Source of the DNA: Candidatus Moraniibacteriota bacterium
GTDB lineage: Bacteria; Patescibacteriota; Minisyncoccia; Moranbacterales; GCA-2747515
Direction: 5' to 3'
Assembly (NCBI GenBank): GCA_038208115.1
Contig: JBBQZC010000001.1
Location: forward strand, 77,977 to 141,976
Length of the DNA: 64,000 nt
Numbering within the stretch: position 1 is the stretch's first letter; each line of letters opens with the position of its first letter. The notes under the pieces are model-generated. The model searched no databases. It saw only the letters and a list, made by a program, of their open reading frames with translations, and was not told the origin of the DNA. A program made the position numbers and the translations under genes. Positions 39,065 through 47,757 of this stretch are shown here, one piece after another.

Positions 39065-40018
39065 TTATTTTTGTGATATAGAACGCACTGTATAATTCAT
39101 GCGATTCCGTGTTTTATAGTAATTTTTGATCACGATATCAGCAAGAAGCCCAAATACGAAGAACTGTGCGCCAAGCATGATCAAAAATACTGACATGAGT
39201 GGCCAAATGCGATCTGATAATGATTCATCAAAGAAAATCTTTTCCACGACCATCCACATCATAATACAAATCCCGAGTAATATAAGCATGATGCCGCCCC
39301 CACCAAAAAAATGCAAAGGTCGCGACGCATATTTACGCCAAAACCAAATCGATATCATATCCACTAAACCCTTCACTGATCTCTTCCAATTATATTTAGT
39401 CACGCCATGCACACGTGGATGATGCGATACTATAACTTCCCCGACACTGTAACCATCTAATTCTAACATCGCAGGAATAAATCGATGCATTTCCCCAAAT
39501 AGATCAATGCTTTTTAGCGCTTCCGCATCATATATTTTGAGACTACACCCAGAATCATGGATAGAATCCTTGAGAAGAATCTTTCGTAATTTATCCGCCC
39601 CACGTGAAAAGATTTTTTTTGATAAAGGGTCCTTACGATTAAAGCGCCATCCTGAAACGATGTCAAATCCTTCATTCATTTTTTCAAGAAGTTTTCCGAT
39701 GTCTGCAGGATCATTTTGCAAATCACCATCCATTGTCACAATCATTTTTCCTTTTGCATGTTTAAATCCCGCATCAAACGCTGCAGTCTGACCGAAATTT
39801 TTTCGTAATTCGATCAATGTGAGAGGTGTAAGATTACGACATTCTGCGACAGTCCCATCACAAGATCCATCATCTACAAAAATGATCTCATAATTTTTAT
39901 GTAACTTCTCACACGCATCAACGATTTTCTGATGTAATGCCGAAGCATTACCCTCTTCATTATACAATGGCACAACCACAGAGATATCTATTTTTTCACC
40001 ATTATTATCCATATTCAA
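39065..40018 (-). CDS. polyprenol-phosphate glycosyltransferase, GT2 (DPM1/GtrB/ArnC-like) with C-terminal TM hairpin
   Basis: ISVVVPLYNEE, FVDDGSCDGT and TMDGDLQND (DxD) motifs, then two C-terminal TM helices. This is the classic lipid-phosphate sugar synthase architecture. Confidence 0.8.
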   Translation of the reverse strand: MNMDNNGEKIDISVVVPLYNEEGNASALHQKIVDACEKLHKNYEIIFVDDGSCDGTVAECRNLTPLTLIELRKNFGQTAAFDAGFKHAKGKMIVTMDGDLQNDPADIGKLLEKMNEGFDIVSGWRFNRKDPLSKKIFSRGADKLRKILLKDSIHDSGCSLKIYDAEALKSIDLFGEMHRFIPAMLELDGYSVGEVIVSHHPRVHGVTKYNWKRSVKGLVDMISIWFWRKYASRPLHFFGGGGIMLILLGICIMMWMVVEKIFFDESLSDRIWPLMSVFLIMLGAQFFVFGLLADIVIKNYYKTRNRMNYTVRSISQK

Positions 40019-40088
40019 TTTTAATTCTTAATTAGTATAAGCATATCATGACTCATTATCCTTCACAAATCATTTGTTTTTAAACATA

Positions 40089-41681
40089 TCACTCCATAAT
40101 ATAAAATTTTTGCCCAACATCATTTGTAATCGCACGTAGTTGCAAATGCGGAAAACGTGCTATAAGTGCTTTTTGAATCTCATCTTTATGAAAATCAGAA
40201 AAAAGATAAATCGCCTTCTGTGGATTTTCTGGTTGAATTCGGTCTAATTCATATTGATTCACATCAAGATAATTTGTGCGACCCCAATTAAACATGCGTA
40301 CTGGCACACGCTGCATATTACCCAAGATTACATATACTTCCTTATCTTCAGGGATAGTTTGAATATAATAAGCAAGTTCTGTAATGTTTTTTTCAAAAAA
40401 GATTGCCGTTTTGACATTATCCGCCCAAAACACCAAATATTTAATCGGATTGAATATCGTGATAAAAATAATTGCACTATATAATACTGTGAGAACTACA
40501 CGTTTTTGCGTCACATCAAGTTGCTTGACTCGCGACAACACATAACCGACAAAAAGTCCTGAAAATATATATACGACAGGTAGTGCGCCAATCGATCGCA
40601 GAGCATGTGGATTGCTTTCAAACGTCAAAAATTCTGGTACCAACATTGCAAAAAACCAAATGAGGAGAAATGGATAGATCACGATATCATCACTATAAAT
40701 CTTCTGTTTTATGCGTTGGTATAAAGACTTGATGCTTCGATACACAGAGTAAAAAAAGCCACAAAAAAACAGTACACCCATCATTGGATCAAGAATTGGA
40801 TATGGCGGATAGTTATTGCGCCAGTTCATGTCGCTGACAAAATTGTATTTCAACAAACTCAATGAAAAACTCGTAAAAAATGTTTTGACAGGATGTCCAT
40901 GATTTACTTCTGAAGAAAAAACTGATACATGCTCTGATCGTGATGCAAAAAATTCTGGATGGTGCCAAAATGTATAGAACATCGGAGCAGAAGAGAAAAT
41001 GAAGAACAAAATAAACACCGTGACAAATCGCCAATACTCTCGCACAAAATTGTGACGCGCAAGAACTAAAAATGGAATCAGGATAATAAGAATAAAAGGC
41101 GCAATGCGAAACGCTATATATGTATGCATGCCGATACCAAAGATCGCTCCTGCAATCATAAAGTCACGATATTTCTTTGAATGCAACCCTTTGTAAAGGA
41201 AATAAAATGACCACACAAGTACAAACGGCAGCATATTCGCGCGAAATGAAATACGACTAAAATTGACTGCTGTAAAAGCAACTGCATTAAATAGTGATGC
41301 GCAAAGCGCAATCCGGTCATTGCGAAATAATTCTCGCGAAAGAAAAAATGTACCTAAAACAGTCAATGATCCAAAAATGACAGCTGGCAGCTTCAATGAC
41401 ATAGCGCTCACACCAAAAATCGCAAAACTTACAGCCACAAGATTCATAAACAACCCTTCTCTCCCCTGATTATCTGGATAAAACCATTGCCATTGTGCAC
41501 CATCTAAAACTTTGAGAGCATCTTGTCCATTCACCGCTTCATCAGGGTATATGCCAGGAGGTGTTATGCTGATATTATAAAAACGCAAAAAAAAGGCACC
41601 CAAAAAGATTAATACTGCAAATATATAAACTAATTTATTATTATTCATTATCCGTATTTTTACTAATAACCACATTTTCAT
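40089..41681 (-). CDS. GT-C glycosyltransferase, ArnT/PMT_2 family
   Basis: First loop FLRFYNISITPPGIYPDEAVNGQDALKVLDGAQW (DEA motif) and 12+ TM helices. 530 aa; the likelier start is the internal Met MNNNKL at 41648. Confidence 0.7.
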   Translation of the reverse strand: MKMWLLVKIRIMNNNKLVYIFAVLIFLGAFFLRFYNISITPPGIYPDEAVNGQDALKVLDGAQWQWFYPDNQGREGLFMNLVAVSFAIFGVSAMSLKLPAVIFGSLTVLGTFFLSRELFRNDRIALCASLFNAVAFTAVNFSRISFRANMLPFVLVWSFYFLYKGLHSKKYRDFMIAGAIFGIGMHTYIAFRIAPFILIILIPFLVLARHNFVREYWRFVTVFILFFIFSSAPMFYTFWHHPEFFASRSEHVSVFSSEVNHGHPVKTFFTSFSLSLLKYNFVSDMNWRNNYPPYPILDPMMGVLFFCGFFYSVYRSIKSLYQRIKQKIYSDDIVIYPFLLIWFFAMLVPEFLTFESNPHALRSIGALPVVYIFSGLFVGYVLSRVKQLDVTQKRVVLTVLYSAIIFITIFNPIKYLVFWADNVKTAIFFEKNITELAYYIQTIPEDKEVYVILGNMQRVPVRMFNWGRTNYLDVNQYELDRIQPENPQKAIYLFSDFHKDEIQKALIARFPHLQLRAITNDVGQKFYIME

Positions 41682-41805
41682 TTATAATCATACCACAACT
41701 TTATGAAAAAATAAGACGTACTTGTGCGTATATACTTAGCACAAGCACATCTCGGCATCTCAGCAGAGATATGCTATAATACATTGTTACTATAATTCAT
41801 TTTTT

Positions 41806-42555
41806 ATGAGAAATGAGAAGATTTCTGTCATTGTGCCGTGTTATAATGAATGTCAAAATATTTATAAAAATTTAGAAAAGATCCATAACTATCTCGTATC
41901 ACATTTTACCAGTTTTGAAATCATCACTATTAACGATGGCTCCAAAGATAACACATTAGCCGAACTAGAACGAAGTGCCAGGTCTCTTCATTTTACGATT
42001 ATTAATAATCCGATCAATACTGGCAAAGGTGACGCTGTCAAAAAAGGAATCCTTGCAAGCAATCCGCACAATGACCTCGTTATGTTTTTAGATGCCGATC
42101 TCGCAATTCCGATTGAAGAATTAGAAAAATTCGCGGACGTCATCCGAGAAAATAAATTTGACATTGCCATTGCGTCACGCTTTGTGCCGGGACTTACTGT
42201 GCTGGAACCCGTTTTATTACACCGAAAGATGATGGAGATCGTTTTTCGATTTTTGCGCGCGATTATCCTCAACGATTGGCAAGTGCGTGACTCACAATGT
42301 GGTTTCAAAGTATTTCGACGCTCCACAGCGATAAAAATTTTTACACAAACCACCGTCGCGCGTTTTGCTTTTGACTCTGAAGTGATCTTCCTCGCACGGA
42401 AATTGCATTTTTCGATAAAAGAATTACCGATCACACTATGCAATCCTCCAAAAAGCCATATCCGTATGTTTTTTGATCCGATCAACATGTTTTGTGCGCT
42501 TTTTGCTATTCGGTGGAATCATATAAAAGGCATCTATAATATAAAGAGGTCATGA
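41806..42555 (+). CDS. GT2 glycosyltransferase, DPM1-like, soluble form
   Basis: ISVIVPCYNE, ITINDGSKDNT and FLDADLAIP (DxD) motifs. Translationally coupled (ATGA) to the downstream YdjC gene. Confidence 0.75.
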   Translation: MRNEKISVIVPCYNECQNIYKNLEKIHNYLVSHFTSFEIITINDGSKDNTLAELERSARSLHFTIINNPINTGKGDAVKKGILASNPHNDLVMFLDADLAIPIEELEKFADVIRENKFDIAIASRFVPGLTVLEPVLLHRKMMEIVFRFLRAIILNDWQVRDSQCGFKVFRRSTAIKIFTQTTVARFAFDSEVIFLARKLHFSIKELPITLCNPPKSHIRMFFDPINMFCALFAIRWNHIKGIYNIKRS

Positions 42556-43247
42556 TGGAGAAGAAAATCCGACAATTTACTATTTCAGCCGATGATTTCG
42601 GTGCGAGTACCCGAGCCAATCAAAACATCCTTCACCTTGCGATGTCTGGAAAAATCGATCGTGTTGCCGTCTTGATTAGGGGTCAGTTTACGGCAGATGA
42701 GATCAGCGCATTGCAAAAAACGCCTGCAAAAATTGATTTGCATCTTGACATCCCTTGCATGCACAAAAATTATGCGATTCACCACAGTACGCCACGGCGG
42801 ATTATGTATTTTCTTCGTGCATTGATAAATGGCGATATTTCTTCACATAAAATTGCTTTAATATGGCATGATCAATTACAGCAATTTGAAAAAGTGTTTG
42901 GTACAAAACCGAACGGCATCAATTCACATGAACACACTCATTTTTTTCCTCCATATTTTCATATTATGTGTCATCTCGCGCAAAATAATAATATATCATT
43001 TATCCGCTATGGCTCGCATGGCATAACCCCTAAATCAAAAATGACAAGTATAATTTTATCCCTTTTACATATGTATAATAAGAGGATCTACGCAGCATTT
43101 TCATCAATGACCACAACTGCACAATTAACAAGTCTTGATTGGATCCTCTCAAAAAAAGATCCTCTATCATTGATCCCTCATAATACAGAGCTCATATGTC
43201 ATCCTGAGCGACCAGAGGAATATGCATTTTTATCAAAAATATACTAA
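42552..43247 (+). CDS. YdjC-family carbohydrate deacetylase
   Basis: N-terminal FTISADDFGAS (YdjC D-D metal motif) and His-rich motifs (INSHEHTHFF, ELICHPE). Confidence 0.6.
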   Translation: MMEKKIRQFTISADDFGASTRANQNILHLAMSGKIDRVAVLIRGQFTADEISALQKTPAKIDLHLDIPCMHKNYAIHHSTPRRIMYFLRALINGDISSHKIALIWHDQLQQFEKVFGTKPNGINSHEHTHFFPPYFHIMCHLAQNNNISFIRYGSHGITPKSKMTSIILSLLHMYNKRIYAAFSSMTTTAQLTSLDWILSKKDPLSLIPHNTELICHPERPEEYAFLSKIY

Positions 43248-43255
43248 CACACACG

Positions 43256-43296
43256 AAAAAAATCTCTCATGCATTCGCGCTTGAGAGATTTTTGAT
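43256..43296. terminator. bidirectional terminator hairpin
   Basis: aaatctctca-tgcattcgcgct-tgagagattt, a 10-bp stem with flanking A and T runs. Confidence 0.5.
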
Positions 43297-43307
43297 CGTA
43301 TACAATA

Positions 43308-45071
43308 CTATTTCATAAGGTCAGCTTCTTTAATCAATGGCAGATCACGCCAATAAATCTTCTTTTTGAACTTTTTGGAGTCTGCATCTTCATTGATCAC
43401 TTTTACATATGCTGGATCAGCCACATTTTTGAGATCATTTGGTCGGAAATATGCAATAATTTTCTTCTTGCTTTTATATTTCACTTTATATGCTTTACGA
43501 CTACCTAATTTCACATCAGCGTCTTTATCAAAATCATCACCCTTTATCGTAAGCATAATCCGCTCCTTACCACCAAATGTCAGGATACGCTGTACTGTAA
43601 CACCATAAATCTTTGCACGCTCAGCATCATCTCCATCAGATACCGAGTCACGCTCTCTCGCTGTAAACCGCGTGAAATGCGCCGCATTGAAAGTAATCGT
43701 ATGATTAATCCGATCATATACCAATCCTGATACGATACCGCCTAGATCGGGTTCTCCATTCACATAGATTTCTAGATTTGCAAAATCTGGCACATTGTAC
43801 ATCGTGATCACCGCACCTGCATTGCGAAGACCATTCACAATATCGGCATCCAAAGAGATTTCACCTGTTTCCATATTGATACGATCTCTAATCGTTTGAA
43901 GGAACATCATGAAATCATAGCTCATAAAATCAATCTCGTGAGTAAATTCAATACGACCGTACGGCGTCTCAAAATACAATCCTGTTATATGATGCCAATC
44001 GGTATAGTCAAAAAGATTTGTGTCTACGCCGTCATCATTCATCGCATCTTCCATCAGCATCATTTGTGCGATTGCATCACATGTTACAAGTGCACGATTT
44101 CCTCCTGTCGGTATGCCGTTTGCAGCAAAAATTGCATTTGTCTCATTTACACACGTACTGTCATCTGGTCGTACGATTTCGCCCATCACATCCCAGAATA
44201 CATCATCTTCCCCAGGAAGGCTTCCATCTCCATCACATTCCTCATCGGTTGCGCCATCCCCATCATCATCTATTGAGTTACCACAAACCTCCACGATCAC
44301 GTCACATACATTTCCAACACCGTTTCCATCAACATCTGCTTGATCAGCATTTGCGTCAGTCGGACAATTATCATCAGCCTCGACAACACCATCTGCATCA
44401 GTATCTATTATAAAATTTTGAACCCAGCTGCTCGACGTATTGAAAAAGTTTCCCGCGAGATCATCTACTGATATTGTAATACCTGTAGCATGCGATGTGT
44501 CAATATCTGTAAAAATACATCTTCCTAATCCTGCATCATAAGCATCCGATACATAAATTGCACTACTAGCACCATTATTGATTGAATAACGGCATGAAGC
44601 GGGGTCGATACCAGCCCCTACATCAGACACCTGCGCGGAAATTGTAGACACATTTGTGATCGTAAAATTTGGTGTCCCAGGTGTATATGGAGTAATATCA
44701 ATCTCTCCTACAGTCGGTGCGGTCGTGTCAATCGTAAAAGATGAAATATTTAAAGTATTTGATGAAACACCACTGTTGACAACTAAGGTACAATCACTAT
44801 ATGTTCCTTCCGCAAAAGCAACATTAGCCACAAAATTATTATTACCTGCACCAACACTATTAACCGTTTCAGAAAAGTGCCCATCGCATGAACCTCCCCA
44901 ATCAGGTGTTCCGAGTACCAAATTGGTTGCATTAAATATATAGATCGGTGTTGTGTTATTTGTTTTACCGATTGGTGTAAACTCTGCAACAATAGGACCC
45001 GGAACCGCAAAAACAACCTGTGCCATAAAAAGCAACGGCAGAATCAGAAATATTTTTTTCATATAGGACAT
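43308..45071 (-). CDS. secreted surface protein with thrombospondin-type-3 calcium-binding repeats and a Lys-rich C-terminal beta domain
   Basis: Signal peptide. DTDADGVVEADDNCPTDANADQADVDGNGVGNVCD (TSP3 D-x-D-x-D-G-x-x-D repeats). C-terminal KVKYKSKKKIIAYF...KKFKKKIYW. Confidence 0.65.
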   Translation of the reverse strand: MSYMKKIFLILPLLFMAQVVFAVPGPIVAEFTPIGKTNNTTPIYIFNATNLVLGTPDWGGSCDGHFSETVNSVGAGNNNFVANVAFAEGTYSDCTLVVNSGVSSNTLNISSFTIDTTAPTVGEIDITPYTPGTPNFTITNVSTISAQVSDVGAGIDPASCRYSINNGASSAIYVSDAYDAGLGRCIFTDIDTSHATGITISVDDLAGNFFNTSSSWVQNFIIDTDADGVVEADDNCPTDANADQADVDGNGVGNVCDVIVEVCGNSIDDDGDGATDEECDGDGSLPGEDDVFWDVMGEIVRPDDSTCVNETNAIFAANGIPTGGNRALVTCDAIAQMMLMEDAMNDDGVDTNLFDYTDWHHITGLYFETPYGRIEFTHEIDFMSYDFMMFLQTIRDRINMETGEISLDADIVNGLRNAGAVITMYNVPDFANLEIYVNGEPDLGGIVSGLVYDRINHTITFNAAHFTRFTARERDSVSDGDDAERAKIYGVTVQRILTFGGKERIMLTIKGDDFDKDADVKLGSRKAYKVKYKSKKKIIAYFRPNDLKNVADPAYVKVINEDADSKKFKKKIYWRDLPLIKEADLMK

Positions 45072-45315
45072 ATTAAATATTTATATAAATACATTATATC
45101 ACATCCATAGAAATCTGTCTGTGGATAAGTTACTGTGTGATATACTGTATATTAATGAAGAATGAAAAATAACGTTATGCAAGAAAAATCTGTTGATTTT
45201 TTGATACACATTGTGCAATTGCATAAATATGTAGTTGACGATAAAAAGAATTTGGATTAACAATTTAATTACAATTCTTCATTTTTAATTCTCAATTTTT
45301 TATTATACTATTTTC

Positions 45316-46323
45316 ATGAAAATATTAGTAACTGGCGGTGCCGGATTCATCGGCTCGCATACGACTGTCGCACTCATCGAAGCTGGGTATACCCCTGTCA
45401 TCATCGATAATTTCTCCAATGCAGAAAAATGGATCATTGATCGCATCGAAAAAATCGCCAACAAGCAAGTTCGCGTCTATGATGGCAATTGTAATAACCC
45501 ACAATTCGTCAACTCTGTTTTCCAAAAAGAACGTGGCATCGGTGGTGTAATCCATTTTGCCGCACATAAAGCTGTCGGCGAATCGATCCAAAAACCACTC
45601 ATGTATTATCACAATAATATCAATTCCCTGCTCACAGTACTCACTGTTATGCAAAAACATAAGGTAAAAAATATCGTTTTTTCGTCATCTGCAACAATCT
45701 ATGGCGAACCAGACAATAACCCCCTCACAGAAGACGCACCTCGCAAAAAAGCAACTTGTCCATATGGCAACACAAAACTCATTGCAGAAGATATTTTGCA
45801 AGATGTTGTGACCAGTGGTGCACAAATCTCTGCAATTCCACTGCGTTATTTCAATCCGATTGGCGCACATCCATCTCATTTGATCGGCGAGCTCCCTGGT
45901 GGCATCCCAAATAATCTCGTCCCATACATCACACAAACTGCGGCAGGTATCCGTGAATCACTCACTGTATTTGGTGATGATTATGAGTCACCGGACGGTA
46001 CGTGTATCCGTGACTTTATCCACGTCACAGACCTTGCACAAGCGCATGTCGCAACACTCACCTATCTCGTAACACAAACAGCACCCTACTTTGACATATT
46101 CAACGTCGGTACAGGCCAAGGCACAAGCGTCATGGAGCTCATCAAAACTTTTGAGAAAGTAAATGATTTAAAACTCAACTACACTGTCGGACCGCGTCGT
46201 ACAGGCGATATCTCAGCATGTTGGGCAGATACCACAAAGATTAATACGACAATCGGCTGGCATGCACAAAAAACTGTTGCGGACGCACTGCGAGATGCGT
46301 GGGAATGGCAAAAGCAACTATAA
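45316..46323 (+). CDS. galE: UDP-glucose 4-epimerase
   Basis: MKILVTGGAGFIGSHT, SSSATIYGEP, YGNTKL (YxxxK) and the C-terminal region typical of GalE. 335 aa. Confidence 0.85.
   Translation: MKILVTGGAGFIGSHTTVALIEAGYTPVIIDNFSNAEKWIIDRIEKIANKQVRVYDGNCNNPQFVNSVFQKERGIGGVIHFAAHKAVGESIQKPLMYYHNNINSLLTVLTVMQKHKVKNIVFSSSATIYGEPDNNPLTEDAPRKKATCPYGNTKLIAEDILQDVVTSGAQISAIPLRYFNPIGAHPSHLIGELPGGIPNNLVPYITQTAAGIRESLTVFGDDYESPDGTCIRDFIHVTDLAQAHVATLTYLVTQTAPYFDIFNVGTGQGTSVMELIKTFEKVNDLKLNYTVGPRRTGDISACWADTTKINTTIGWHAQKTVADALRDAWEWQKQL
46111..46323 (+). repeat. direct repeat copy A (the native 3' end of galE)
   Basis: About 90% nucleotide identity over ~210 bp with 47443-47658. Confidence 0.7.
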
Positions 46324-46374
46324 ATACAATCTTTTTGGTTGAAATAACCCATTTTATATGGTATAATTAAGAAT

Positions 46375-46641
46375 ATGAAACAATCATTGCCGACATTTTT
46401 GCAACCTTTCTTGTGGTCATATGACATCACACGACTTGATCGTGATCAGCACAAGAATATTATTATCAAAAATCTTCTCAATTTTGGTGATATTCGGTCA
46501 ACACGATGGCTCAAAACACATTATAACGATTTAGAGATCCGCGAAGTAATAACATCATCAGTGATCACGGAATGGAATAAACGATCAATCAATTTATGGT
46601 CATTAGTCTACGACGCACATCCCAAGAAGACACGTTTTTAA
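46375..46641 (+). CDS. small protein, putative partner/antitoxin of the downstream AbiEii-like nucleotidyltransferase
   Basis: 88-aa ORF 12 nt upstream of the AbiEii-like gene. Family not recognised. Assignment by context only. Confidence 0.35.
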   Translation: MKQSLPTFLQPFLWSYDITRLDRDQHKNIIIKNLLNFGDIRSTRWLKTHYNDLEIREVITSSVITEWNKRSINLWSLVYDAHPKKTRF

Positions 46642-46653
46642 TTTATTACTTAT

Positions 46654-47280
46654 ATGTTCTACGACATCCTTGATACAGATCGTTCAAAGATACTTCCGTT
46701 TCTCCATCACATCACCACAAATTTTTACCTTGCAGGTGGCACAGCGTTAGCACTGTATATCGGACACAGAGACAGTATTGACTTTAATTTTTTTACAGAA
46801 AAAACATTTGATCAGCAGAATATTTTTGAAACATGCCAAAAAATATTGTCAGAATACACATTACGAATTACTCAGCAAGAACCAAACACTCTTTCCGTTG
46901 TGATCAACGATGTAATCAATATGAGTTTTTTTACGCACACATACCCTCTCCTTTTACCACTGACCAATGGAGAATATTGTGCTATTGCCTCCATACAGGA
47001 CATTGCTTGCATGAAGATCCTTGCAATTGTCAATCGTTCAACAACAAAAGACTACGTCGATTTGTATTATATTTTTCAACAATTTTCATTGGACGAAGTG
47101 CTGCACCTGACACAAAAAAAATACCCTCATCTTGACACAAACATCATTCTCAAGAGTTTGGTATATTTTGATGACATCATTGATGAACCGATTATCTTCA
47201 AAAATGATAAATCCGTGAGCGTGTCACAAATTAAAGAAGTATTCACAACACTTGTAAAGAATTACATAAAAAATACGTAA
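46654..47280 (+). CDS. AbiEii/AbiGii-like nucleotidyltransferase (type IV TA toxin family, DUF1814)
   Basis: FYLAGGTALALYIGHRDSIDFNFF, i.e. the GGTAL...R.S.D.DF signature of AbiEii-type NTases. 208 aa. Confidence 0.6.
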   Translation: MFYDILDTDRSKILPFLHHITTNFYLAGGTALALYIGHRDSIDFNFFTEKTFDQQNIFETCQKILSEYTLRITQQEPNTLSVVINDVINMSFFTHTYPLLLPLTNGEYCAIASIQDIACMKILAIVNRSTTKDYVDLYYIFQQFSLDEVLHLTQKKYPHLDTNIILKSLVYFDDIIDEPIIFKNDKSVSVSQIKEVFTTLVKNYIKNT

Positions 47281-47436
47281 TGCCCCCTACATAGTCAATA
47301 AATAATGTGAACACAAAGCCAACACTCGTCCTATCAAAGAGAATTATTTTGTAGTATACATCTATTAACCTCTTTAACATCTACACACAACAGAGAGAAG
47401 GTATTTATTATTCAAATCCGCCAAATTAATTGACAC

Positions 47437-47658
47437 GTGTACCACAGCACAAGCGTCATGGAGCTCATCAAAACTTTTGAAAAAGTAAATGATTTAAATC
47501 TCAACTACACTGTCGGACCGCGTCGTACAGGCGATATCTCCGCATGTTGGGCAGATACTTCAAAAATAAATAGTACGATCGGCTGGCGTGCACAAAAAAC
47601 CGTTGCGGACGCACTGCAAGATGCGTGGGAATGGCAAAATTACTTACCACCCTGCTAA
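47437..47658 (+). pseudogene. orphan duplicated 3' fragment of galE (last ~68 codons)
   Basis: Translation SVMELIKTFEKVNDLNLNYTVGPRRTGDISACWADTSKINSTIGWRAQKTVADALQDAWEWQ is ~90% identical to GalE residues 268-333. There is no upstream GalE body. Confidence 0.7.
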
Positions 47659-47757
47659 CTTTTACCAATCAGTAATTTTCTTGCATCAACAAACGTTGAT
47701 TTTACGTATATCCGGTGGTATACTGACAATACATAAACAAATATAATTATCAACAAA

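Noticed and set aside
44018-44413. His-rich 131-aa ORF (HLHHIPHRLRHPHHHLL) and a Ser/Pro-rich 107-aa ORF on the plus strand.
   Set aside because: Both lie entirely antisense within the well-supported TSP3-repeat surface-protein gene 43308-45071. They are shadow ORFs produced by the repetitive GAT/GTC-rich codons of the Asp-rich repeats.
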